A stretch of 64,000 nt of DNA from positions 15,400 through 79,399 of the forward strand of contig DASWZP010000168.1 in the NCBI GenBank assembly GCA_036404395.1, in the 5' to 3' direction. The DNA comes from Bryobacteraceae bacterium. Its GTDB lineage: Bacteria > Acidobacteriota > Terriglobia > Bryobacterales > Bryobacteraceae. A program made the position numbers and the translations under genes. Shown one piece after another: positions 44,115 through 52,518 of this stretch. The first letter of the stretch is position 1. Every line of letters begins with the position of its first letter. The notes beneath the pieces were generated by a model that saw only the letters and a list, made by a program, of their open reading frames with translations, ran no database searches and was not told the DNA's origin.

Positions 44115-45170
44115 CTACCGCGCTTTCACCGAAAGGAACTCGCGCACGTTTTCGCGCAACAGTTGCGGGAAGGTCTTATCCAAGTAAGAGCGGATCGAGA
44201 CGTAGCACTCGTCGCAGTTGTTGTGGCGCGTGAACTCTTCCACCATTCGCGCGCGGTCCTCGAGCTTATACTTGCCGAACTGCATCGAGCACGGTTGCAG
44301 GGCGCCATCCGCCGTCACCACCAGGAAGCGCAAGCCGGCCTTGCAGCCCGGCGCGCTGGCGTGTTCGAAATAGCGGCGCGTGGCGGCCAGCGTGCTTGGA
44401 GCGTTGACGATCCAGTTGGTCTCGTCGCGCCGCCGCTCCACGCGGTCGAGTTGGCGGTTCAGCATCGCCAGTTGCTCGGGAGATGTCAGCAGGTAGTCGC
44501 GGCAGCCCGTTCGCCGCGCCGAGTAGGCGCTGTAACAGAGGTTGACGCCCCAGGCGCGGGCCTTGTCCGCGATCGCGTTGATCTCGCCCACGTTCTCGCT
44601 GGTGATGCAGGAATTGAGAACGATGTCGTCGTGTCCCAGCGCGGCCAGCTTCGGAATCAGGCCTTCCAGGTGCGCGTACAGGCCCGGATGAACGCGGAAC
44701 TGGTCGTGCCGATCGTCGGGAAAATCCAGGCTTACCGAAAACTGGTCGATGCCCGCCTCGCGCAGTTCCAGATAGCGCTGCTCGGTCATCAGCGACCAGT
44801 TGGAGACCAGAATTGTGTACGGCAGGCCGTGGCCGCACTGGATGTTGCGCACAATTTCAGTCAGGTCCGGCCGCATCAGCGGTTCGCCGCCCGAAACCTG
44901 CACCACGCACGGCTGCAACGCCTCCATGTAACGGGGATAGTCGGAGGGCCGCAGGTTGCGCGTTTCGTCGCGCGGACCGCCATGGTCGCAATGCTTGCAA
45001 TAGCACGTGCAGGCGTCGGTCACCTCGAAGGACACCACCAGCGGGCGGTCGCTCACCCAGTTGCGCGTGCCGCGGCCGATGATCCGCAGCGATTCCGTGA
45101 GTGGCACCTTGCGCATGGTTTCGTCGGTCGCCCTCCCGCCGCGCGAGAACTCGCGCCCCACCGGGATCAA
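44115..45170 (-). CDS. radical SAM protein with a SPASM/twitch-like C-terminal Cys motif
   Basis: CxxxCxxC in EVTDACTCYCKHCDHG, then GGEPLMRPD. The C-terminus has CKAG...DGALQPC...CDEC. The start may be the Met at 45116. Confidence 0.78.
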   Translation of the reverse strand: MIPVGREFSRGGRATDETMRKVPLTESLRIIGRGTRNWVSDRPLVVSFEVTDACTCYCKHCDHGGPRDETRNLRPSDYPRYMEALQPCVVQVSGGEPLMRPDLTEIVRNIQCGHGLPYTILVSNWSLMTEQRYLELREAGIDQFSVSLDFPDDRHDQFRVHPGLYAHLEGLIPKLAALGHDDIVLNSCITSENVGEINAIADKARAWGVNLCYSAYSARRTGCRDYLLTSPEQLAMLNRQLDRVERRRDETNWIVNAPSTLAATRRYFEHASAPGCKAGLRFLVVTADGALQPCSMQFGKYKLEDRARMVEEFTRHNNCDECYVSIRSYLDKTFPQLLRENVREFLSVKAR

Positions 45171-45400
45171 GCGGCGGATTCTTCAGGGCTGATGCCATTG
45201 TAATCGAATTCACCGTTTCCGTTGGGGGCCGGGCACGCTCGGGCACGCTGCCGCCTCTGCATCCTAACCCACCCGAAATGCGATGGGAAGGTTGGCAGGC
45301 GGAAGCGCCGGCCCCACCATCCCGGCGTACAATAGGTTGCGCGGCGCTTCGGGCCGACGGAACTTTGGCGGTCGCGCGCGCGTATTACTTGCGAGATCTT

Positions 45401-45820
45401 ATGACAGCCACAACCAGCCCGCTTCTGGGCCCAATCCACGCACTTCTGGCGGAGAAAGGTTACGAAGTCTCCGAGCCAGCACCAGATACATTGACCATCC
45501 GGGAGGTCGAACGCGGAGTCACCGCGCGCGCGGTGCTACAGGGCGACATCCTGTTCCTGTCGCTGGTATGCACGGTGGCGCCCAAGGCGGCCATCACGCC
45601 GGAAATCATGGCGAGCATGCTGGCTGCCGGCAACGGCATTTCCACCTCCTATTTCCAGCTTTATGACGCGGGCGACGGCAAGCTGGCCGTGACCCTGAAC
45701 AACTTCTGCAAACTGCTGGACTGGGGACCGGAGGACGAGGACGAAGTTCTCTCCTGCGTCCATTTCCTGCTGGTGGATGTGATGACAGCCCGCCAGCTTT
45801 TGAGCGGTTTGAGTTCGTAA
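45401..45820 (+). CDS. YbjN/CesT-like (DUF2170-like) putative chaperone, first gene of the PspA module
   Basis: 139-aa acidic alpha/beta protein. Its position before a PspA/IM30 gene mirrors E. coli yjfI-yjfJ. The family call is low-confidence. Confidence 0.5.
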   Translation: MTATTSPLLGPIHALLAEKGYEVSEPAPDTLTIREVERGVTARAVLQGDILFLSLVCTVAPKAAITPEIMASMLAAGNGISTSYFQLYDAGDGKLAVTLNNFCKLLDWGPEDEDEVLSCVHFLLVDVMTARQLLSGLSS

Positions 45821-45832
45821 GCGAGGAACACG

Positions 45833-46618
45833 ATGCCATTCTTAGGCGATTTCATGTCGAGACTGGGCCGCGTGGCGCGCGGCCAGGCCAATGCGGGCGC
45901 CGATGCCCTTGAGGACGCCACGTTCGAAGCCACCGTGAATCAGACCGTGGCGGACATGCGGAACGAGTTGAACAACGTGGTGCGCGCTTCGGCCGTGGCC
46001 ATGAGCAACTACAACCGCCTGGACGCCGAATACCAGAAGTACGTGCGGCAGTCGCAGGACTGGAAAGACCGGGCGGGCCAGGCGCTGGACGCCGGCAACG
46101 AAGACCTGGCCAAGAAAGCGCTGGCCAAGAAGGCCGAATGCGACCGCCAGGTTGCGTCCATGCAGCAGGCCGTGGATGCGGCGCACCAGACCAGCGAAAA
46201 GCTGAAGAGCCAGGTCGGCGAGCTGAAGAGCAAGATCGACGAAGGCGAGCGAACCGCTACCACGCTGGTGGCGCGCAAGAACGCGGCTTTGGCGCAGCGC
46301 AAAGTGGCCGAGGCCATGGCCGGCGTGGGCAGCGCCGATAACGCTTTCGCCCAGCTCAACCGCTTCGAGGACACGGTCTCCAAGGAAGAGGCCACCGCCA
46401 AGGCGTTCGATGAGCTGGCCTCGACCGGCAAGGACGAGGATTTGGAAAAGCAGTTTGCCGAACTGAGCGGCCACGGTGTGGACGCCGACCTGGCCGCGCT
46501 CAAAGCGGAACGGCAAGCCGCCAAAGCGCCTACGCCGCCTTACATCCCCAAGGAACTGGGCAGCGGCAGCCCGCCGGTAACAACCGGCGCGCAGGCAGGC
46601 GAGAAAGCCAAGGCGTAG
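45833..46618 (+). CDS. pspA: PspA/IM30-family protein
   Basis: Long coiled coil with the N-terminal amphipathic segment and a typical PspA heptad pattern (NYNRLDAEYQKYVRQSQDWKDRAGQALDAGNEDLAKKALAKK...). Confidence 0.82.
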   Translation: MPFLGDFMSRLGRVARGQANAGADALEDATFEATVNQTVADMRNELNNVVRASAVAMSNYNRLDAEYQKYVRQSQDWKDRAGQALDAGNEDLAKKALAKKAECDRQVASMQQAVDAAHQTSEKLKSQVGELKSKIDEGERTATTLVARKNAALAQRKVAEAMAGVGSADNAFAQLNRFEDTVSKEEATAKAFDELASTGKDEDLEKQFAELSGHGVDADLAALKAERQAAKAPTPPYIPKELGSGSPPVTTGAQAGEKAKA

Positions 46619-46624
46619 ACCGGG

Positions 46625-47269
46625 ATGGGCCCGATCACATTCACGCTGACCGGCGTTCTGGTTGCCTTGCTGGTGGTGGTGCTGATGAAACTGTTCAAGA
46701 CGCCTCACGCCGCCGCGCCCACCGCGGCGCCGGTGGAAGACCTGGCCAATTTGAAGCCAACGCAAGCGCGCGCCGGGGACGTGATTTCGATCGCCGGCGC
46801 GGGCGACAACATGACCGACCTCGATTTCACCTCCGACCGCTGCACGTGGTTTCAAGCCGGCGCGCACAACTGGTTCGAGTTGAGCGGCCCCTACAAAGAG
46901 CGGCGGGTGGCGATGCGTGTGGACGCGAGCGGCGACGGGGCTGTCAGCATCTCGACGGAGGCGCGCCAGCCGCCGCTCGAAGACCTGGGGCTAAGCGAAG
47001 AAGACCTCGCGCAAATGGACGAACGCCAGAACACCGGCGACGACTTCGATTTCGATGGCAAGGTCTGGATGTACAGGATGAGCCGCGAGGTCCAATCGAC
47101 GCGCAGCGATCAGCCCCAGCCGGTGGGATTCTACTGTTGGGAATATCGGGAGCAGTGCGGCACGGGCATCCTCGCCATCCGCAAGGAGCAGGCCGAGCCG
47201 TTCGCCGTCACGCGTTACAGGGGAATCCCCGCCGCCGACGTGACGATCTACCGGGGAACCACGGGCTGA
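46625..47269 (+). CDS. single-TM protein with a two-lobed beta-rich domain (DUF4178-like)
   Basis: N-terminal TM (ITFTLTGVLVALLVVVLM). Two similar lobes contain W-F-E-L and W-E-Y motifs. Located 6 nt after pspA. Confidence 0.55.
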   Translation: MGPITFTLTGVLVALLVVVLMKLFKTPHAAAPTAAPVEDLANLKPTQARAGDVISIAGAGDNMTDLDFTSDRCTWFQAGAHNWFELSGPYKERRVAMRVDASGDGAVSISTEARQPPLEDLGLSEEDLAQMDERQNTGDDFDFDGKVWMYRMSREVQSTRSDQPQPVGFYCWEYREQCGTGILAIRKEQAEPFAVTRYRGIPAADVTIYRGTTG

Positions 47270-47327
47270 CCGCGCCGGCTCGTGACCGGCGGCAGCCACG
47301 CCGCATCCGGAAAGGTGGCGGCATTCG

Positions 47328-48872
47328 ATGACTCGATCCGGACTTAAATTCCTCGCGGTATTGCTGACAGTGTCGATCGGCGTGGTGCTCACCGCCGGCT
47401 TCGACAACCTGCCGCGCAATCTGCGCCAACAAATCGACAGTGAGCGCACCGCGCTGGCAGCCTCGCAACAGCAGGTCGCCCAAACGAAGACCGAAGTGAC
47501 CGGCGAGGTCGCGTCGGAGAGCGCGCTGTTCCACGCCATCCCCGCCGCCGTCCAGTATCCCGCCGGGCTGGCGAAATCGGAGTCGCGGCTCGGCGACGCG
47601 CAGCGCGACATGGACGAGCTGTCGCGCATGGAGAAGCAGAATCGGCGGCAAGACCGTGAGAAAGTGGAATCGCTGCTGGCCGAAGAGCGTGCCGCACGCG
47701 GCGGCGCGGTGAGCACGGCCACGGATATCCAAAAAGACGCTGCTCATTGGATCGAATTGAAGCAGGAACTGCCGCAGCGGCTCGAACAGATGAGCCGCGA
47801 TTACCAGTCGGTACACGCTTTCGACCTGGCGCCGGTCGAGGCCGCGGTCGCGAAGGGCGAGACCGATTGGCCCGAAAAGAAACCGGCTCTGGACGCGTGC
47901 GTCGCCGGGCTCCACGGCGTCGTCACGCAAAGCGACAACCTGTGGCAATCGAGCGCCGAAGAGCGCCAGCGAGCGGCTGCCGGCGATTTCGCGCACCTCG
48001 ATTTTGCCGCGCTGGTGGCAGCGCAAGACGCGTTACACAACGCCGCCACCGGGCTGCCGCACCAGGCCGAGGACGTCCGCTCGCTCGACGGAGAGCTTTA
48101 TTACTCGTGGGACAAGATTCTGGTCGACATGGAAGTGCGCGGCACCGGCAGCGCGCGCCATTACGACCAGGCGATCCGCACCGTCAAGACGCGCGTGGAG
48201 GACGCCGCCGCCAAGCCCGGCGCCAGCACGTCCGACGAAGCGTGGGTGGATGTTTCCAGCGGCGCCTACGATGCCATGCGCAACGACCTGGGCATGGCCA
48301 TCGAACATAAGCCCGCCGGCAAGTTCGATTCCGAAGCCGATCGCGTGGCGCAGCCCGCCGGCTTCGCTTACATGGCGCAGCCCGGCCAGGTGTCTAATCA
48401 ATACGGCTATTGGGACCATCGCGACGGACGCGATTTCTGGGTCTTCTACGGCCAATACGCGCTCATGCGCGATCTGCTGTTCAACCGCTCCTACCGGCCC
48501 ATCGAGCGTTACGAGTGGGAAGGCTATCGCGATTCATGGCGCAGCGGACGGACTTATTATGGCCGCGATGAAGCGGCCGGTGCGCCGAAGTACGGTTCGC
48601 AAGGCACCGCCACGCAGGATCGATACGCCGGCTCCAGCTATGCCAAGAGCGGCGGGTTCCGCGATTCGCAGTACGCCTCGAAGAGCGGCTCTTACCGCAA
48701 TTCACCGTATTCCTCGCCGGGATCTCACGACCCGAACGCCGATCATAGCGCGCGTCACTTCGGCCATGGCGGCGCGGAAGAGCCGCACACGCCTGGGTTC
48801 CATGCGGCGCCGCGCGCTCCGCGCCCCGCCTTCCGCCCGCCCAGCATGCCGAGGCACTTCGGGCGCCATTGA
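47328..48872 (+). CDS. membrane-anchored coiled-coil protein with an aromatic core and a Tyr/Ser/Gly/Arg-rich tail, function unknown
   Basis: N-terminal TM (LKFLAVLLTVSIGVVLTAGF). About 250 aa of coiled-coil-like sequence. A YGYWDHRDGRDFWVFYGQYALMRDLLF block. Low-complexity C-terminus. Confidence 0.65.
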   Translation: MTRSGLKFLAVLLTVSIGVVLTAGFDNLPRNLRQQIDSERTALAASQQQVAQTKTEVTGEVASESALFHAIPAAVQYPAGLAKSESRLGDAQRDMDELSRMEKQNRRQDREKVESLLAEERAARGGAVSTATDIQKDAAHWIELKQELPQRLEQMSRDYQSVHAFDLAPVEAAVAKGETDWPEKKPALDACVAGLHGVVTQSDNLWQSSAEERQRAAAGDFAHLDFAALVAAQDALHNAATGLPHQAEDVRSLDGELYYSWDKILVDMEVRGTGSARHYDQAIRTVKTRVEDAAAKPGASTSDEAWVDVSSGAYDAMRNDLGMAIEHKPAGKFDSEADRVAQPAGFAYMAQPGQVSNQYGYWDHRDGRDFWVFYGQYALMRDLLFNRSYRPIERYEWEGYRDSWRSGRTYYGRDEAAGAPKYGSQGTATQDRYAGSSYAKSGGFRDSQYASKSGSYRNSPYSSPGSHDPNADHSARHFGHGGAEEPHTPGFHAAPRAPRPAFRPPSMPRHFGRH

Positions 48873-49000
48873 ACTGCACCGACGCGGGATTCGGCACGCG
48901 AAGGCGAAGGGAACGGTTCGACAGACGTAGCGTCGCAAGATGGCGTGCCGGGGCTGCGAGGCGCTAGCCGGGAGGATGCAGGGCTGCTTTGGCGGGGTAA

Positions 49001-49696
49001 TCAGCGAACCGTTCGGAGCTTCTGTTTCCGGAGGAAGAGGCCGATGCTCAGGAGCGCTGCGCCGCTCAGCAACAGCGTTTCGGGTTCAGCAACCACAGGG
49101 GGCAGCGGATCGGCGGAGAAGTTGCCGCTACCGGCACTGTTGTTAGACGTCAGGAAGTCATCAGTAATAGACAATACCGGTTTGAGATTCGACATACTCC
49201 ACGACAATGCCAAGGTCTCTGTATAGTAATTGAAATTGAGATAGTCGGAAGTGAAGGTGACCGCAGTAAGATGGTACGAAGAGTCGGCGGACTGAAACGT
49301 CATTGCGTTCCCGCCGTCGGTGCCGCTTAGCGAACCGAACGAGAAGTTTCCAGACAGGAGATTGGTGCCCCACGAACTGATGATCGTGAAGGTTCCGGTG
49401 AACCCGGACTCACCATCCGTGCCACCCGGGCCGCCATTGTTATAGGCGTCCCCAGTGGTCGATGCGTTCAAAGTTAGCGTGGCGTCCGTGCCTTGAGGGA
49501 CCCCAGTGTCCAGGAGCGTGCTGAAGTTGAAGGTGATGCTCGTCGTCGCGGTCCACGACTCGGAGCTGGCGTTCTCCGTAAGTATAAAATCGTTGCCCTC
49601 GGTGCTGATCTCGGCCCAAGTCGCAAGTTCGGCGGCTAAGGCCAAGCCAGGTAGACCGACGACCAAGATTAGTATAATCAATAGACGTCTGAGCAT
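49001..49696 (-). CDS. PEP-CTERM sorting-domain secreted protein
   Basis: Signal peptide. Thr/Ser/Asn-rich body. C-terminal VAEPETLLLSGAALLSIGLFLRKQK (PEP motif + TM + basic tail). The segment is AT-richer than its surroundings. Confidence 0.8.
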   Translation of the reverse strand: MLRRLLIILILVVGLPGLALAAELATWAEISTEGNDFILTENASSESWTATTSITFNFSTLLDTGVPQGTDATLTLNASTTGDAYNNGGPGGTDGESGFTGTFTIISSWGTNLLSGNFSFGSLSGTDGGNAMTFQSADSSYHLTAVTFTSDYLNFNYYTETLALSWSMSNLKPVLSITDDFLTSNNSAGSGNFSADPLPPVVAEPETLLLSGAALLSIGLFLRKQKLRTVR

Positions 49697-50077
49697 TCCA
49701 TCCTCCGAAGATGTATGGTCAGAATCAACATCACAGGCGCACGCAGACTAAGCCGCACCAATAAAAGCATAGTTCTGCAAGTCCTGAGGATACTAGCAAG
49801 CCCCCAAAATGTCAATTAACAAATACCCGCAATCAGAAGGCGAGAAGCGAAAAAAAGGTCCGGAAGTCGTGGTTGGCTTCGGCCAATGAGGTCTAAATAG
49901 CTGATTATTCGGCAGTTATCTAGATGAAGTCTTCGAGTCCGGTTGGCAGGTATGGGAGGGTACTATTGGAACTAAGGGGTAACGGGTGGTGGGGTTGGAC
50001 GGCCGCATCCGCGGGTTTTTCTGGTCCATCCGGGCCCACCGTCCCCGTCAATGAAACACAGCGGACTGGGCAGGAGG

Positions 50078-50470
50078 CTACACGGCGGCGGGATATCGCT
50101 GGTATTCCGGCCGCGAACAAGCGTTGTACAAGATGCGCCGCACCTCGGGCGCGTAGAACGGTTGCGACAGCAAATCGTAGGCGCCCAGGTTGAGGGCTTC
50201 GGCCCAGAATCGGGCGTCGGCGTGGGGATCGGTGACGATCACCTCCGGGTCGCCTGGGAGCTCTCGAGCCAACTGCAAAACATCCAGCCAGCCCGCATCG
50301 GGTAGAATGGCTTCGGTCAACAGGACATCATAGTCGCACTGCTGAAGCAGGGTGCGTGCCTGCTGGTAATTTTCGACGTGCTCCAGGGCAACGGGAAGAG
50401 ATCCCAGCATCCGCGAAAGTTGGCGGGCATCGTCATGACGCCCGGAAATGAAGAGTATCCGAGACCTCAT
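50078..50470 (-). CDS. atypical (pseudo-)receiver domain protein
   Basis: REC fold, but the acceptor Asp is replaced by Glu (DVLLTEAILPD), the conserved Lys by Gln (LLSQPF), and the N-terminal acidic pair is missing (LFISGRH). Confidence 0.7.
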   Translation of the reverse strand: MRSRILFISGRHDDARQLSRMLGSLPVALEHVENYQQARTLLQQCDYDVLLTEAILPDAGWLDVLQLARELPGDPEVIVTDPHADARFWAEALNLGAYDLLSQPFYAPEVRRILYNACSRPEYQRYPAAV

Positions 50471-50718
50471 TGGTGCACACTTGCCTTTCTGAACTTTTTT
50501 CATTTTATCCCGGAATTACTAAAACCGGGTGACAAAATTGGGGACAGCGCACCCGGAAAGCGTTTCCATTGGGTGAATTAACACTTTTCCCTTGATGTCC
50601 GGCTAAGTGGTGAGCCGCGAAAGTGGAATTCTCAGGTGTTTTTTGAGAGAGGAGAGCACGATACCCGCAAAGGCGGGCGGTTCCAGGACTGTTCAGGCAA
50701 GGGGCATGGCGCCCTCGG

Positions 50719-51267
50719 TCAAGCTGTTTTTTCGTGTTTCATCACGGCCACATAGCCCAAGTTGCGGTAAAGCTGTTGAGAATCCAGGCCGAATCCTACC
50801 ACGAAGCGGTCCGGAATTTCGAAACAGCGGTAATCGACGGGCACCTGCACGATGCGGCGGCTGGTTCTATCGAGGAAGGTGCAAACGGCGAGCGAATTGG
50901 GCGCGCGGCCGGCCAGGTTCTGCATGAGGTAGCGGAGCGTGAAGCCGGTATCGACGATATCCTCGATCAGCAGTACGTCCTCGCCTTCGATGCTGTCGTC
51001 CAGGTCCTTGGCGATGCGCACTACGCCGGGAGCGCCGCTGCGGTTGGAGAAGCTGGAGATGCCCAGGAAGTCCATCTTGACCGGAACTTCGATGGCACGG
51101 GCGAGGGCGGTGAGAAAAAAGACCGAGCCTTTGAGAACGCCGACCAGTTTCAGGGTCTTGCCTGCGTAGTCGCGCGAAATGCGGGCGCCCAGTTCGCCGA
51201 TGCGCTGCGCGATCTCCTCTTCGGTAAACAGGACCCGTTCAATGCCGGGCGGCAAGGGGGCGCTCAT
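50719..51267 (-). CDS. hpt: hypoxanthine phosphoribosyltransferase
   Basis: LVGVLKGSVFF and the PRPP-binding motif VLLIEDIVDTGFTL. 182 aa. Confidence 0.9.
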   Translation of the reverse strand: MSAPLPPGIERVLFTEEEIAQRIGELGARISRDYAGKTLKLVGVLKGSVFFLTALARAIEVPVKMDFLGISSFSNRSGAPGVVRIAKDLDDSIEGEDVLLIEDIVDTGFTLRYLMQNLAGRAPNSLAVCTFLDRTSRRIVQVPVDYRCFEIPDRFVVGFGLDSQQLYRNLGYVAVMKHEKTA

Positions 51268-52217
51268 GCGATCACCGGGCGCTGGGCAAGGCCGTACTTA
51301 AAAATGAGGTTCTCAAAATCCTTCTGATAAAACACCTGGATGTTCAAGTGGGGATAAAGTTCGCGCAACAGACGGACCTTCCGGTTCTTGCGAGTTACCA
51401 GAGACTGCTTCATGGTGGTTAGTTCCACGTATAAGTCGAATTCCGGCAGATAGAAGTCCGGCGTAAACGATTCGATCGGGCGAGCGTCGCGGTCGTACTG
51501 GACGGGAAAGCTGCGCGGCTCGTATTCCCAGGCGATCCGGTAAAAGTCGAGCAGGTTGGCGAACATTTCCTCGCTCGGGTTGGCGAAGATTTTCTTGCGA
51601 ATCGTGATTTTGTCGGGCGGCACGATGCCATAGCGGGCAAGCCGCAGCCGCATCTGGAACTGGAGTTGGGCTTCGGCGGCGGCGGAGAGGAACCCGCGTT
51701 CGGTCAGCGCCAGCGTGGCGGCTGCGCGGTCGATCAGTTCGGCCATTTGTTCGCCGCTGACGGTTTCGGCATTCAGCAGGAGGTCGAAGAGATCGGCGGT
51801 GGCGCGGGTTTTGCCAAACCGGGCTTTGCGGGCGGCGCGGTCGGCGGCTTCGAGCTCCAGCAGGCGCTGGCGGGCGGCGGCGCGCTCCAGGCGGCAATCC
51901 AGCATGATGTTGCCGATGCGCACATTTTCCGGGGCCACCACGTGGACCCGCAACATGCCGGGGAAGTGGCGCGACTGGAGTTCGCCGCCGGCCGCGCAGT
52001 AAACAATGTGATGGGCGGTAGCCAGGCGCGCCAGGACCGAAGTGGCCAGGCTCGCCCAGGCCTTATCGGGAATGCGGGTTTCGGCGCCGAATTCCTCCGC
52101 GGCCAGAGCTTCCAGCCGCGCCTGCGTGAGCAGCTCGAAACCCAGCCGTTGCGCGGTGATGCGCGCAACCTCCTCAAACCTGCACCCCGGATGCCCAGAA
52201 ACCGCGATCAGCGCCAT
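51264..52217 (-). CDS. two-domain hypothetical protein: degenerate P-loop-kinase-like N-terminus plus PD-(D/E)xK-like C-terminus, translationally coupled to hpt
   Basis: N-terminal IAVSGHPGCRFEEVARITAQRLGF (Walker-A-like, but without GK[ST]). C-terminal FTPDFYLPEFDLYVELTT. ATGA overlap with the hpt start. Confidence 0.6.
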   Translation of the reverse strand: MALIAVSGHPGCRFEEVARITAQRLGFELLTQARLEALAAEEFGAETRIPDKAWASLATSVLARLATAHHIVYCAAGGELQSRHFPGMLRVHVVAPENVRIGNIMLDCRLERAAARQRLLELEAADRAARKARFGKTRATADLFDLLLNAETVSGEQMAELIDRAAATLALTERGFLSAAAEAQLQFQMRLRLARYGIVPPDKITIRKKIFANPSEEMFANLLDFYRIAWEYEPRSFPVQYDRDARPIESFTPDFYLPEFDLYVELTTMKQSLVTRKNRKVRLLRELYPHLNIQVFYQKDFENLIFKYGLAQRPVIA

Positions 52218-52281
52218 GTCCCAAGCTCATCATAACGCCAATCCGAGGATCGCCGGGCGGATCGGGCGCGAGACTGGCCGC

Positions 52282-52306
52282 AACGCCGGCGGTCTTGCCG
52301 CCGGTT
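52282..52306. repeat. GC-hairpin repeat, family F3
   Basis: AACGCCGGCGG-TCTTG-CCGCCGGTT, in a divergent intergenic region. Confidence 0.7.
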
Positions 52307-52518
52307 CTTTGCGAGCCACGTCGGGTTGCTTTTCGTGCCGCTATCGTTTCGCCGCGGACTTCCGGGCGGGCGCTTGCGCGGCGGCTGTTATCGCCGCGGC
52401 GGAGCGGTTTTGGCTTCGCCATCCGCCCGAGTCGTATCGTATTGATTCCTAATGGCAACGGGGATCGCTTGCGCGTGTCGCCTGCCGGCGGTAAGCTTCA
52501 AGGTAGAGGAGTACTCGG

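Noticed and set aside
45290-45310. TTGGCAGGCGGAAGCG upstream of the PspA module as a possible sigma-54 promoter, by analogy with E. coli pspA.
   Set aside because: It has the same one-nucleotide spacing defect and a poor -12 element. No PspF-like activator lies nearby.
50010-50035. CCGC-ATCC-GCGG followed by TTTTT as a plus-strand terminator.
   Set aside because: The stem is only 4 bp and no plus-strand gene lies upstream to be terminated.
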